Below are positions 29,792 to 40,312 of a stretch of DNA of 64,000 bases, in pieces; position 1 is the stretch's first letter, and every line of letters starts with the position of its first letter. The position numbers and the translations under genes were made by a program. This DNA comes from an uncultured bacterium (GTDB lineage: Bacteria > Patescibacteriota > Minisyncoccia > Phycocordibacterales > UBA9973). The DNA lies in contig CAIJZZ010000030.1 in the NCBI GenBank assembly GCA_903825255.1, forward strand, positions 20,956 to 84,955, written 5' to 3'. Below the pieces are notes generated by a model. It searched no databases, had not been told where the DNA came from, and saw nothing but the letters and a program-made list of their open reading frames with translations.

Positions 29792-31165
29792 TTAGATTTT
29801 AGAAATTACTACTCCTAGAGGCGTATCTTTGATTTCATAACCGAGTGAATTTATTTGTACGCGAAGTTCGTCAGATTTTTTGAAATCTTTATTTTTGCGA
29901 GCGAGAGCTCTAGCTTCAACCAATTTATTTATTTCTTTTGGAATTTTATCTTCTTTCAGATCTTTAAAACCCAAACCTAAAACTTTATCAAAATCTAAAA
30001 TAGTCGCTTTTTTATCAGCATTGGAAATTTTTTCATCTTTTATTAAATCCCATAGTAGGGTCAGAGCTAGAGGGGTATCTAAGTCGTCTCCAATATATTC
30101 TTTAAATTTAACTTGGTAATCATTATTAATTTTTCCTATAGGCTTCCCGAGCCCTTTATATAACCCATAAAGACGTTTTAAGGCGATTTCCGAGCCCTCA
30201 AGAGCTTCCCAGTTGAAGTTTACTTTTGTTCTGTAATTAGCCATTAAAAGCCAAAAACGATAGGCGAGTGGGCTGATATTTTTTGATTTCAAACTTTCAA
30301 GTCTTAAAAATTCACCAGAAGATTTAGCCATTTTTTCTCCACCAATGTCGACGAATTCATTATGCATCCAAAATCTGACAAAAGGTTTTTTGCCAGTTGC
30401 ACATTCTGATTGAGCGATTTCATTAGTATGATGCACGGGTATATGATCGATGCCTCCAGTATGAATATCAAATTGTTCACCCAAAAATTTTATTCCCATT
30501 GCGGAACATTCGATATGCCAACCTGGGAAGCCAATACCCCAAGGAGATTTGAAACCAATTTTTTGATCAAATTTCCAAAGTGCAAAATCTTCAGGATTTT
30601 TCTTTTCAGAATTTTCGGCAATTCTTGCGCCAGATTCTCCCCAGACTCTTTTTCCACCCCAAAGTATTCCATAGTCTGGCATTTTTGAAACATTAAAATA
30701 TATTCCATCATTGGTTTTATATGTATAGCCTTTTTGTTGTAATTTCTTTATTAAAGCGATATCTTCTTTGACATAATCACTGGCAAAAAGCATTTTTTGT
30801 GGCATTTCAATATTCAGATTTTTTAGATCCATTTTGAAATTTTTAGCATAAAATTCTGCGAGCACACGCATATTTTTAAGTGTTAATTTTTTTCCTTCAC
30901 GCAAGAGTCCTTTGGTCATTTTATCTTCACCCAGATCTGCATCACTCGTTAGGTGTCCGATGTCAGTAATATTCATTATTTGTTTTACTTTGAAACCATT
31001 ATATTTTAAGGTTCGGCATAAAATATCCGCAAAAATATAAGCGCGTAAATTACCGATATGAGCATAATAATAAACAGTCGGACCGCATGTATACATCCGT
31101 ACCTTTTTAGGTTCAATTGAGGAAAATTCTTCTTTTTGTTTAGTTAAAGTATTATAAAACTTCAT
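29792..31165 (-). CDS. cysS: Cysteine--tRNA ligase
   Basis: YTCGPTVY, HIGN, PGWHIECSAM, KMAKS; start reassigned to MKFYNTLT at 31165. Confidence 0.97.
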   Translation of the reverse strand: MKFYNTLTKQKEEFSSIEPKKVRMYTCGPTVYYYAHIGNLRAYIFADILCRTLKYNGFKVKQIMNITDIGHLTSDADLGEDKMTKGLLREGKKLTLKNMRVLAEFYAKNFKMDLKNLNIEMPQKMLFASDYVKEDIALIKKLQQKGYTYKTNDGIYFNVSKMPDYGILWGGKRVWGESGARIAENSEKKNPEDFALWKFDQKIGFKSPWGIGFPGWHIECSAMGIKFLGEQFDIHTGGIDHIPVHHTNEIAQSECATGKKPFVRFWMHNEFVDIGGEKMAKSSGEFLRLESLKSKNISPLAYRFWLLMANYRTKVNFNWEALEGSEIALKRLYGLYKGLGKPIGKINNDYQVKFKEYIGDDLDTPLALTLLWDLIKDEKISNADKKATILDFDKVLGLGFKDLKEDKIPKEINKLVEARALARKNKDFKKSDELRVQINSLGYEIKDTPLGVVISKI

Positions 31166-32174
31166 TTTGTTTAAACTCATTTCGATAAATTGAGATAAGA
31201 GCATAGAGTAAGCTGACTGCTAGTGGACCGATCAATATTCCGACAGGTCCTAATAAGGCAATGGCTCCAATGATTGCAAAGAGAATTAAAAAAGATGAAA
31301 CATCTACTTTTTTTCCAATTAAAACAGGAGCTAAAAAATTATTTACTAATATGGAGGTTATAACTGACCAAAGTAATAAACAAATTGCGCCCAATACATT
31401 TCCTGTGAAATAAAGGAAAATCATACCTGGAACAGAAATAAATGCTGTGCCAAAAACAGGGATAATTGATACCACGACGGCTACCAACCCCCAAAGTGCT
31501 CCATTCGGTACTCCAAAAAGAGCAAAACCAATTCCGGTGATGATACCTTGAATCAAAGCAATCAAAGCAACACCCTTTAACATACCGTCTATTGTTTTTG
31601 AAAGTCTTGAAAGAATTTTTTGATCATCAGTTTCTGATAAAGGAATCAATAAAGATAATTTCCTTTTCCATTCATCTCCATCTTTCAAAAAATAAAAAAT
31701 AGCGATAAGTAAAAGAATAAATGAAAAGAAAGTAGAAACCGCACTACTAAAGATATCAGTAATATTATTTGAAATAAATGAAATAAAAGCAGAAGCTTTT
31801 TCTTCTATATTAAAATTAATACCAGCTGGTAAAAGATGATTTATTTTAGCTCCAATAATGCTTATAAAAGAATTTGTATTTCCATTTATTACCACAGAAT
31901 GATAAACAATTTGAGACTGATTGAGAATAATGACTCCAATTGCTAAAAGAGGACCGCAAACTATTATGGCAAAGATTATAACGGTTAAAATAGAGGATAA
32001 CCAATTAGGAAACTTTATTTTTTTAAACCATTTAAAGATAGGATAAAGCACTACGGCTAGACAAGCACCAAGTATTATCACAATCCAAAAAGGACGAAAA
32101 ATCAAAAAAGTAAAAATGAACGTAGCTAATAAAAGTCCAAAGAAAAAGTACCTTTCCATTATTTTTGTTTGCAT
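31152..32174 (-). CDS. AI-2E family transporter
   Basis: Multi-TM; FYFLKDG, IPVFGT, G..GILIGP. Confidence 0.88.
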   Translation of the reverse strand: MQTKIMERYFFFGLLLATFIFTFLIFRPFWIVIILGACLAVVLYPIFKWFKKIKFPNWLSSILTVIIFAIIVCGPLLAIGVIILNQSQIVYHSVVINGNTNSFISIIGAKINHLLPAGINFNIEEKASAFISFISNNITDIFSSAVSTFFSFILLLIAIFYFLKDGDEWKRKLSLLIPLSETDDQKILSRLSKTIDGMLKGVALIALIQGIITGIGFALFGVPNGALWGLVAVVVSIIPVFGTAFISVPGMIFLYFTGNVLGAICLLLWSVITSILVNNFLAPVLIGKKVDVSSFLILFAIIGAIALLGPVGILIGPLAVSLLYALISIYRNEFKQNEVL

Positions 32175-32274
32175 ATATGTCTAAAGTATAGCAAATATTT
32201 GCCTCGCTTCAAAATACTTATGTTTATAAGAAGTGGGGTTGCAATTTTCTCAAATTTAATATAAGATAAAAACT

Positions 32275-32592
32275 ATGGAATTTGCCGTTATAAAAACAGG
32301 TGGAAAGCAGTATAAGGTCTCCGAAGGGGGTCTTGTTTCCATTGAGAAAATAAAAGGAGAATATAAAAAAGGGGATAAAGTTTCCTTTGACAAGGTTCTC
32401 TTAGTTGATGATGGAAAAGATACCACTATTGGCACTCCTTATATTACTGGCGCTAAAGTTGAAGCTGAAATTGTATTAATCGGTAGAGCTCGTAAGATTT
32501 TGGTGGTCAAATATAAGCAAAAGTCTCGATATTTACGACGTAATGGCCACCGTCAGCCTTTCTTTAAAGTAAAAATCCTTTCAATCGCATAA
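32275..32592 (+). CDS. rplU: 50S ribosomal protein L21
   Basis: FAVIKTGGKQYKV, GHRQ. Confidence 0.97.
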   Translation: MEFAVIKTGGKQYKVSEGGLVSIEKIKGEYKKGDKVSFDKVLLVDDGKDTTIGTPYITGAKVEAEIVLIGRARKILVVKYKQKSRYLRRNGHRQPFFKVKILSIA

Positions 32593-32621
32593 AAAAACTT
32601 AATCAATGATTAGGTTTTTTT
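32591..32621. terminator. Bidirectional terminator between rplU and recR
   Basis: AAAAAAACTTAATC-AAT-GATTAGGTTTTTTT between convergent genes. Confidence 0.6.
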
Positions 32622-33234
32622 ATTGCCTATTTTTGAGGGCATTTTTGAGGGTTTCGTTGTCAGAATACTCAAGTTCAGTGCCAGTGGAGAGTCCGCGGCC
32701 GAGAGAGGAGACTTTTATATTGAGTGATTCAGTAATTTCTTTTATTTGTCCACGTATATAGAAATCAGTATGATCACCTTGAGGGGAGAGAGAAAAAGCG
32801 AGAATTATTTCTTTAATTTCATTTTTATTTTTTTTAATTTTTTCTTTCAATTCTTCTACTCTGATCCTATTTTTAGTATTTTTCTCGACGATAGGTACGA
32901 GTCCACCCAAGACAAAATATTTTCCATGATAGGTGCGACTTTTTTTAATACTTTCTAAATCAGAATCTTTCTCGACTACCATGAGCATCGTTGTGTCGGT
33001 GTGAGGGTTGGCACAAATATCGCAAAGAGTTTTTTGTTCTCTATCGAAGATAAAAAACCGAAAGCATTCTTTACATTGAGCTACCTCTTTTTTTAAATCT
33101 AAAATCAAACTAGCTAAATTTTGAGAGTATGCTCCACTTCGAGACATAAGAAAATATACAAAACGTCTTGCTTGACGTTCACCAATACCAGGAAATTCTT
33201 TAAAAACCTCAGTTAATTTTTCAATAATATCCAT
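32620..33234 (-). CDS. recR: Recombination mediator RecR
   Basis: FPGIGERQARR, C4 zinc finger, TOPRIM region, ELEYSD. Confidence 0.92.
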   Translation of the reverse strand: MDIIEKLTEVFKEFPGIGERQARRFVYFLMSRSGAYSQNLASLILDLKKEVAQCKECFRFFIFDREQKTLCDICANPHTDTTMLMVVEKDSDLESIKKSRTYHGKYFVLGGLVPIVEKNTKNRIRVEELKEKIKKNKNEIKEIILAFSLSPQGDHTDFYIRGQIKEITESLNIKVSSLGRGLSTGTELEYSDNETLKNALKNRQ

Positions 33235-33251
33235 TTATAAAAATTAATTTA

Positions 33252-34643
33252 TTAAAATTCATCTAACTCATCTTTAAGTTTAGAAGGGGAAAATTCACTC
33301 AAACTACTTTTTTCTAAGTTTAAGAAAGTAGTAGTTTTTTCATCAAAGTAAAGATCCACTTTGCCGGTCGGTCCGTTACGGTGTTTTTCTATTAATATTT
33401 CAGCAATATTAGTTTTTTCTGATTCATCTTTTCCTTTATCTTCTCTATGTATAAACATCACGACATCCGCATCTTGTTCAATAGAGCCTGAATCACGGAG
33501 GTCAGATAGTCTTGGCTTACCTCCGCGAGCCTCTACTGCACGAGAAAGCTGTGAAAGAGCTAAAACTGGTACATCTAGTTCTTTTGCTAAACTCTTTAAG
33601 GACCTAGAAATTTCTGTCACTTGATTGACCATAGAATCATAATTTTTAGAAGTAGTCATGAGTTGTAAGTAATCGACTACAATTAAGTCCAATCCTTTTT
33701 CTGCTTTGAGTCGGCGAGAAACGGCTTTCATTCGGACGATTGAATTACCTGGTTGATCATCAATATAAATTCTTGCTTTAGATAGTTTATCTAACGAGTC
33801 TCGAAGCTGAGAGAATTCTTTATCAGCGGAAAGACGACCAGTTCGTAGATTCCAAGCATTCACTCGTGATTCAGCGGAAAGCATACGGTCCACTAATTGT
33901 TGTGAAGACATTTCAAGTGAAAATATACCAACTGATTTATTATGTAAAATTGCGGACATACGAGCGATATCTAGTGCGAGAGTGGTTTTACCCATTGAAG
34001 GTCTAGCAGCTAGAATAATTAAATCTGATTTTTGTAAGCCAGAGAGAATATTATCTAGATCTCTAAAACCAGTCGGTAGTCCGCGTAAAGCATCTTTATG
34101 TTCATGTAATTTTTCTAGTCGTTCCCAAGCTTCTGGTAGGGCGTCTTTCAAGCTTGTAAATTTTTGATTCTTTGGAGAAGAAACGACACTGAAAATCCTT
34201 TTTTCTGCTAAATCTAAAATATCATCCATGTGATCATCTCCTTCTTCGAAAGCGAGTTCAGAGACATAGTCAGCGGCTTCAATCAAGCTTCTTAAAATAT
34301 ATTTTTTTTGTACTATTTCAGCATAATGTTTTACGTTAGTAGAAGAGGGGACGATTGAGACGATCTCAGCTAGATATTTATTACCACCAATATTTTCTAG
34401 TAATTTTTGTTCACCTAGTTTAGTAGAAAGAGAAAGCATATCGATCGGTTCATTCTTCAAAAATAAATCAAGCATCGCTTGGAAAATTATTTTATGTTTT
34501 TCCGCATAAAAAGAATCTGGGTTAACCACATCTTCTATTTCATGGAGAGCGTCCTTGCGAAGCATAATAGAGCCCAGTACTGCTTTTTCTGAATCGATAC
34601 TTTGAGGTGGCACGCGTAATTCATTTTTTCTTTTATTTACCAT
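33252..34643 (-). CDS. dnaB: Replicative DNA helicase
   Basis: AARPSMGKT, DYLQLM, SQLSR, LRDSGSIEQDAD, KHRNGPTG; no intein. Confidence 0.98.
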   Translation of the reverse strand: MVNKRKNELRVPPQSIDSEKAVLGSIMLRKDALHEIEDVVNPDSFYAEKHKIIFQAMLDLFLKNEPIDMLSLSTKLGEQKLLENIGGNKYLAEIVSIVPSSTNVKHYAEIVQKKYILRSLIEAADYVSELAFEEGDDHMDDILDLAEKRIFSVVSSPKNQKFTSLKDALPEAWERLEKLHEHKDALRGLPTGFRDLDNILSGLQKSDLIILAARPSMGKTTLALDIARMSAILHNKSVGIFSLEMSSQQLVDRMLSAESRVNAWNLRTGRLSADKEFSQLRDSLDKLSKARIYIDDQPGNSIVRMKAVSRRLKAEKGLDLIVVDYLQLMTTSKNYDSMVNQVTEISRSLKSLAKELDVPVLALSQLSRAVEARGGKPRLSDLRDSGSIEQDADVVMFIHREDKGKDESEKTNIAEILIEKHRNGPTGKVDLYFDEKTTTFLNLEKSSLSEFSPSKLKDELDEF

Positions 34644-34735
34644 TACAGCTATTCTAGCACGATAGAAAAATTGTCAAAATTGAAAAGTTAGCAAAGATGT
34701 TATTAAAATGGGGAAAAATATGATAAAATATTTAT

Positions 34736-35812
34736 ATGTCTAAAAAGATATTATTATCAGGGGTGCAGCCGTCAGGCCGGCCACATATTGGGAACTATTT
34801 TGGGGCAATGAAGCAATTCGTTGACCTACAAGATGATTATAAAGCCTATATTTTTATTGCTGACTATCATGCACTCCATTCATTACAGAATCCGAAAGAA
34901 ATGAAGGAAAATATTATCAATATTTTACTTGATTATTTAGCGATTGGTTTAGATCCTAAAAAAGTTACAATTTTTAAACAATCTGATATTTCTGAACATA
35001 CTGAACTTGCTTGGATTTTTGATACGATTACCACAATGCCGAAATTAATGGAAGCTCATGCTTTCAAGGCTCGTGTATCTAAGATTGGTGCAGATGATTT
35101 TTTAAAAAAAATGAACGAAAGTAATGTTGAAGAAGAAAAAGGATGGGAGACATATAAAGATTTTATTAATAGAGTCTTTAAAGATATTGACGTCGGAACT
35201 TTTAATTATCCTGTTTTAATGGCAGCTGATATTTTAATGTATGATGCTGATGTTGTTCCTGTGGGTGCTGATCAAAAACAACACGTAGAAATTGCACGTG
35301 ACATAGCTAAAAAGTTTAATCATATTTTTGGCCAAACTTTTAAACTTCCGAAGGAAAAGATTGTTGAGGATGTTTTTACTGAAAAAGGTTCAATGATAGG
35401 AATAGATGGAAGAAAAATGAGTAAGAGTTATAAAAATACTATTCCGCTTTTTGCCTCTGACGAAGAAATTAAAAAAATTACTATGAGTATAGTAACTGAT
35501 TCAGGTGAGGACGGTGCTATTAATGTTCGCCATATTCATTATCCAATTCGTAAATTATTATATCCTAATGAATTAACAGGCGATTATTTTGATAAGCTTT
35601 ATAGTGAAAATAAACGAAACTATAAAGCCCTTAAGGAAGCCTTGATTACAGATTTAATATCCTTTATTGCACCACTACGTGAACGTCGAAAGGAATTGGA
35701 AAAAGATATTCCGAAAGTATTGAAAATTCTAAAAGCCGGGGGTGAAGAAGCAAAAAAAATCGCTACCAAAAAAATGACTGAAGTACGGGAGAAAATCGGA
35801 GTGAATTTATAG
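34736..35812 (+). CDS. trpS: Tryptophan--tRNA ligase
   Basis: SGVQPSG..HIGN, YPVLMAADIL, VPVG.DQ.QH, KMSKS. Confidence 0.96.
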   Translation: MSKKILLSGVQPSGRPHIGNYFGAMKQFVDLQDDYKAYIFIADYHALHSLQNPKEMKENIINILLDYLAIGLDPKKVTIFKQSDISEHTELAWIFDTITTMPKLMEAHAFKARVSKIGADDFLKKMNESNVEEEKGWETYKDFINRVFKDIDVGTFNYPVLMAADILMYDADVVPVGADQKQHVEIARDIAKKFNHIFGQTFKLPKEKIVEDVFTEKGSMIGIDGRKMSKSYKNTIPLFASDEEIKKITMSIVTDSGEDGAINVRHIHYPIRKLLYPNELTGDYFDKLYSENKRNYKALKEALITDLISFIAPLRERRKELEKDIPKVLKILKAGGEEAKKIATKKMTEVREKIGVNL

Positions 35813-35837
35813 TACCAAAATGCTTTTTGACACTAAT

Positions 35838-35866
35838 TTGACAAAGTGTCATTTTTTATATATTAT
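35838..35866 (+). promoter_or_regulatory. Sigma70 promoter of prs, overlapping the trpS terminator hairpin
   Basis: TTGACA-17nt-TATTAT; hairpin TGACACT...AGTGTCA followed by a T-run (35828-35857). Confidence 0.65.
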
Positions 35867-35935
35867 GTGGGTGGAAAATAATTTTTTTGTTTTACTTGAA
35901 ATTTTAATAGTTTAAACTTTATACTAAATAAATCT

Positions 35936-36874
35936 ATGAAAAACTTTGCTATCTTATCGGGTTCAGATCCAAACTCAAAAAAATTTGCAAAAAAAATTGC
36001 AAAAATTCTTAAGACCAGTGTTACTTATGTTAAAATGACTGATTTCTCTGATGGAGAATTTAAGCCAAAAATAACAAAAAGTGTACGTGGAAAAATTGTA
36101 TTTATAGTACAATCCACAAACATTCCATTAAGAAATTTATTTGAAATACTTTTATTGGGAGATGCATGCATGAGGGCATCTGCTTTATCTATTATTGCCG
36201 TAATACCATATTATGGTTTTGCTAGGCAGGACAGAAAAGATGAAGCAAGAGTCCCTATTACTGCAAAAGTAATAGCAAATTTGCTTCAAGCTACATTTTT
36301 TAACAGAGTAATCTGTATGGATTTACACTCAGATCAAATTCAAGGATTTTTTAATATTCCAGTGGATCACTTATACGCATCAAGCGTTTTTGTGAAATAT
36401 ATTAAAAAACTTAAATTAAAGAATCTAATTATGGCTTCTGCTGACGCTGGTGGTGCAAAGCGAGCTGGGAGTTATGCAAAATTTCTTAACACAGATTTTG
36501 TTATCTGTCATAAGCAAAGAAGTGGACCCAATAAAGTTGAGAAAATAATTATTATTGGAGACGTAAAAGGGAAGGACGTTGTTTTTATTGACGATCTTGC
36601 TGATACAACAAATACTATAATAAAAGCTACAGAAGAAGCCTATGCACAGGGAGCAAATAGTGTGAGGGCATTATGTTCACATCCTGTTTTGTCTGGAGGA
36701 GCTTATTCTAAAATTGAAAAAAGTCAGTTAGTAGAATTTATTGTAACTACAACACTTCCTTTAAAAGAAAATATTAAAAAAATCAATGTACTTTCGGTTG
36801 AGGAAGAATTTGCTCATGCAATTAGTTGTGTAGTGAATAATAGATCAATAAGTTCAAGGTATAAAGTTTCCTAA
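35936..36874 (+). CDS. prs: Ribose-phosphate pyrophosphokinase-like protein (Bacteroidota-like; altered R5P loop)
   Basis: FSDGE, PYYGFARQDRKD, MDLHSDQIQGFF; DDLADTTNT in place of DDxxDTGGT. Confidence 0.85.
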   Translation: MKNFAILSGSDPNSKKFAKKIAKILKTSVTYVKMTDFSDGEFKPKITKSVRGKIVFIVQSTNIPLRNLFEILLLGDACMRASALSIIAVIPYYGFARQDRKDEARVPITAKVIANLLQATFFNRVICMDLHSDQIQGFFNIPVDHLYASSVFVKYIKKLKLKNLIMASADAGGAKRAGSYAKFLNTDFVICHKQRSGPNKVEKIIIIGDVKGKDVVFIDDLADTTNTIIKATEEAYAQGANSVRALCSHPVLSGGAYSKIEKSQLVEFIVTTTLPLKENIKKINVLSVEEEFAHAISCVVNNRSISSRYKVS

Positions 36875-36894
36875 AAGATTGTTTTTAAAATAAT

Positions 36895-36931
36895 AAGAGC
36901 ATCAATAGTTAATGTTGACGCTCTTTTTTTA
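36895..36931 (+). terminator. Intrinsic terminator after prs
   Basis: AAGAGCATCAA...TTGACGCTCTT followed by a T-run. Confidence 0.7.
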
Positions 36932-36958
36932 TTGCCAATTTTATGATATATTTTAAGA

Positions 36959-38299
36959 ATGCAAAACAGAATTTATATTAAAGACTTAAAAGATAATATT
37001 GGCAAAGAAATTATTATTGCCGGCTGGGTGGATGTGCGTCGTGATCAAGGTAAGATGGTCTTCTTTGATATGCGGGATGTGACAGGAAAGGTTCAATGCG
37101 TGGCTTTGCCGATGCATGAACAAGCGACCGATCAAGCAAAATTAATTCGTCCAGAATGGGTTTTAAAAATTAGTGGAATGGTAAATAAAAGACCAGAAAA
37201 AAATATTAAGGCTGGTGTTTTAAATGGTGAGGTTGAGCTCGAAGTAAAATATATTGAAGTCTTAAATGAAGCCAGAGAATTACCATTTGCAAATGATGCA
37301 GAATTAAATATTGATACACTTTTGGATTATCGACCGCTCACTTTACGCCGCGCCCGAGAAGAAGCAATTTTTAAAGTGCAAAGTGTCATTTTAAGTTCTT
37401 TCAAGGATTTTTTAAATAGTGAAGGTTTTACAGAATTTCGTGCTCCTTCGCTCGTGGGTGGAGATGCGGAGGGTGGTACAGAAGTTTTTAAAGTTCCATA
37501 TTTTTATGATCAGACTGCTTACCTTGCCACGAGTCCGCAACTTTATAAACAAATGATGGTAGGAGTCTTTGAAAGAGTTTTCACCGTGGTCAATGTCTTT
37601 CGGGCTGAGAAACATTCTACGACAAGACATTTAAATGAATATACATCACTCGATTTAGAAATGGGCTTTATTGAAGGTCCGGAAGATGTGATGAAATTAG
37701 AAAGTCGTTTATTAAAATATGTTACCGAAAAATTAAAAGAAAAATGTACGCATGAATTTAAATTATTAAATGTAGAATTTCCATTAATACCAGATGGGGA
37801 AATGTTCCCAAGTATGAAGCTGACCGATGCACAGAAATTAATTTCTGATTCAACCGGGGTAGATTGTACACAAGAGCCTGATCTAGAACCCGAACACGAA
37901 CGCTGGCTTTCGGAATATGCTAAAAAAGAATTTAATTCTGATTTTATTTTTATTACCAACTATCCTAGGACTAAAAGGCCATTTTACGCGATGGATGATG
38001 AAAAATTAGAAGGTAGAACTAAATGTTACGATTTATTGTTTAAAGGCCTTGAATTGCTTTCTGGTAGCCAACGAGAGCATCGTTATGATGTTTTAATAGA
38101 TAAAATGAAATGGAAAGGTTTGAATCCAGAAAAATTTAGTTTTTATTTACAGGCCTTTAAATATGGTATGCCTCCACATGGTGGACTCGCTATGGGCCTC
38201 GAACGTTTGACGGCTCGATTCTTGAATATCCCAAACATTAAAGAAGCGACACTTTTCCCTCGTGATATCAATCGTATTGATAAAAGGCTTTCGGAATAA
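36959..38299 (+). CDS. aspS: Aspartate--tRNA ligase, archaeal/non-discriminating type
   Basis: OB-fold N-terminus, SPQLYKQ, FRAE...RHLNE, GMPPHGG.AMGLERL; no GAD insertion. Confidence 0.9.
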   Translation: MQNRIYIKDLKDNIGKEIIIAGWVDVRRDQGKMVFFDMRDVTGKVQCVALPMHEQATDQAKLIRPEWVLKISGMVNKRPEKNIKAGVLNGEVELEVKYIEVLNEARELPFANDAELNIDTLLDYRPLTLRRAREEAIFKVQSVILSSFKDFLNSEGFTEFRAPSLVGGDAEGGTEVFKVPYFYDQTAYLATSPQLYKQMMVGVFERVFTVVNVFRAEKHSTTRHLNEYTSLDLEMGFIEGPEDVMKLESRLLKYVTEKLKEKCTHEFKLLNVEFPLIPDGEMFPSMKLTDAQKLISDSTGVDCTQEPDLEPEHERWLSEYAKKEFNSDFIFITNYPRTKRPFYAMDDEKLEGRTKCYDLLFKGLELLSGSQREHRYDVLIDKMKWKGLNPEKFSFYLQAFKYGMPPHGGLAMGLERLTARFLNIPNIKEATLFPRDINRIDKRLSE

Positions 38300-38302
38300 A
38301 TT

Positions 38303-38998
38303 ATGGAATTAAAAAATAAAATTGTTGTTATAACAGGAGGAAGTAAAGGCCTTGGAAAGTTCTTAGCAATTTTGTTTTTAAAAGAAGGTTCTACTGTGAT
38401 TATTTCTTCACATGATAAAAATGAGTTAGAAAAAACAGCTCAAGAGATAAACGCTATAGCTATAGTCGCAGATGTTACTAAAGAAAATGAAGTTCAAAAT
38501 CTAGCAAAAAAAGTTATGATTGATTTTGGCAAAATAGATATTTGGGTAAATAATGCTGGAATTTTATTTAAATTTCCAAAAGGAGAATTAATTGATATAG
38601 AAAAAGTTCATAAAATATTTGATGTAAATTTTTTAGGTACAGTTTTTGGTTGTAGGGCTGCGTTGGAAAATATGAAAAATAATGATAGCGGACTTATTTT
38701 AAATATAGTTTCAAAAGCAGCTATCGATGCAACTCGAGCTGTAAATTTTAAAATTTATGTTGCAAGTAAGTGGGCAGTAAGAGGATTTATGCAAGCATTT
38801 AAATTTGAAAATATTGGTTCTAAATTAAAAATTGTTTCAGTTTATCCAGGTGGAATTATGACAGATCTTTGGAAAGGTTTGGATATTAAAGATTTTGATA
38901 GATATTTAAAACCTGAAAATGTAGCAGAAGAAATTATTGAAAATCTAAAAAAAGAAAATCCCGAAGAAGAACAGGTGATAAAAAGAACCATAATCTAA
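38303..38998 (+). CDS. SDR family oxidoreductase
   Basis: TGGSKGLG, NNAG, YVASK. Confidence 0.92.
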   Translation: MELKNKIVVITGGSKGLGKFLAILFLKEGSTVIISSHDKNELEKTAQEINAIAIVADVTKENEVQNLAKKVMIDFGKIDIWVNNAGILFKFPKGELIDIEKVHKIFDVNFLGTVFGCRAALENMKNNDSGLILNIVSKAAIDATRAVNFKIYVASKWAVRGFMQAFKFENIGSKLKIVSVYPGGIMTDLWKGLDIKDFDRYLKPENVAEEIIENLKKENPEEEQVIKRTII

Positions 38999-39002
38999 AT
39001 CA

Positions 39003-39356
39003 ATGTATACGATTAAAGGTAAAGTAATCAAGGGTGATGGATATGGTAGAAAGATTGGTTATCCTACAATAAATCTAGATAGAAAATATTTTTTAAGAAT
39101 GAAAGATAAAACACCTTTTGGTGTGTATAGTGGTGTTGTATTTTTAAAAAATAAAAAATATAAAGCTGGAATAATCATTGGTCCACTTGATAAAAAAAGC
39201 TTGCCGAAAATAGAAGCACATTTAATTAACTTTAATAAAAATATTTATGGTGAAAAAGTTACGCTTGAAATTCATAAATTTATTAGAAAGTTTAAAGAAT
39301 TTAAAACAGAAAAAGAATTAATTTTACAAATAAAAAAAGATTTAAAAAAATGTTAG
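39003..39356 (+). CDS. Monofunctional riboflavin kinase
   Basis: G.V..G...GRKIGYPTIN, GVY, IEAHL, F.....L..QI..D. Confidence 0.85.
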   Translation: MYTIKGKVIKGDGYGRKIGYPTINLDRKYFLRMKDKTPFGVYSGVVFLKNKKYKAGIIIGPLDKKSLPKIEAHLINFNKNIYGEKVTLEIHKFIRKFKEFKTEKELILQIKKDLKKC

Positions 39357-40270
39357 AAAAAATAAAAGAAAAAAAATCATATTGGGGGCCTATTTTAATA
39401 ATTATTGCCGCATTACTCTGGGCATTTGATGGAGTCATCCGTCGGAATTTATATTCACTTCCACCGATTACGATAATTTTCTTTGAGCATTTAATCGGAC
39501 TTGTAATATTATTTCCATTTGTAGCTAAATATGTTTTTAAAACACATTTTACGAAACATGAATGGTTTTTAATAATTTTAATTTCTGTTTTGAGTGGACT
39601 TTTAGGAACACTCTGGTTTACCACGGCTCTTTTAAAAGTACACTTTATTTCTTTTTCTGTAGTATTTCTTTTACAAAAACTTCAACCAATATTTGCGATA
39701 GGTACAGCCTCTATATTCTTAAAAGAAAAATTTGATAAAAGATATATTGTTTGGGCTGTTGTAGCGCTTCTATCAGCTTATTTTGTTACATTTAAAGATG
39801 GCTTAGTTGATTTTAAAACCGGTGAGGGGACTATTATAGCAGCACTTTATGCATTTGGAGCGGCTGTGGCCTGGGGATCTTCCACGACATTTTCGAAAAT
39901 GCTTTTGAATAAAGTTCGAGCGGAAGTCAGTACCTTTTACCGTTTTTTGTTTACCGTTTTAATTGCTTTGCCAATATTATTGATATTTGGTTACGGTTCA
40001 AGTTTAAATACGATTACATTAGTTCAAGCAGGGTATTTTATACTTATTGCTGTTTCGACAGGCATGGTAGCATTATTGATTTATTATAAAGGATTAGCTA
40101 AAACACCTGTACATATTTCTACGATTTTAGAATTGACTTTCCCTTTTATTGCAATTTTTGTAGATATGAAGTTATATCATACAAGATTATCTGTGATGCA
40201 GTGGATAGCTTCCCTTGTACTTGTCTTTAGTATTTACAAAATTGCTCAATTGCGTGGAGCTAATGTATAA
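39350..40270 (+). CDS. DMT/EamA family transporter
   Basis: About 10 TM segments arranged in two repeats. Confidence 0.85.
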   Translation: MLEKIKEKKSYWGPILIIIAALLWAFDGVIRRNLYSLPPITIIFFEHLIGLVILFPFVAKYVFKTHFTKHEWFLIILISVLSGLLGTLWFTTALLKVHFISFSVVFLLQKLQPIFAIGTASIFLKEKFDKRYIVWAVVALLSAYFVTFKDGLVDFKTGEGTIIAALYAFGAAVAWGSSTTFSKMLLNKVRAEVSTFYRFLFTVLIALPILLIFGYGSSLNTITLVQAGYFILIAVSTGMVALLIYYKGLAKTPVHISTILELTFPFIAIFVDMKLYHTRLSVMQWIASLVLVFSIYKIAQLRGANV

Positions 40271-40312
40271 GATATATTGGTCAGTGTTAATTAATAGTAA
40301 AATATACAAATT

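Noticed and set aside
35827-35857. CIRCE-like operator
   Set aside because: Arms (TGACACT/AGTGTCA) and spacing do not match TTAGCACTC-N9-GAGTGCTAA; better explained as the trpS terminator.
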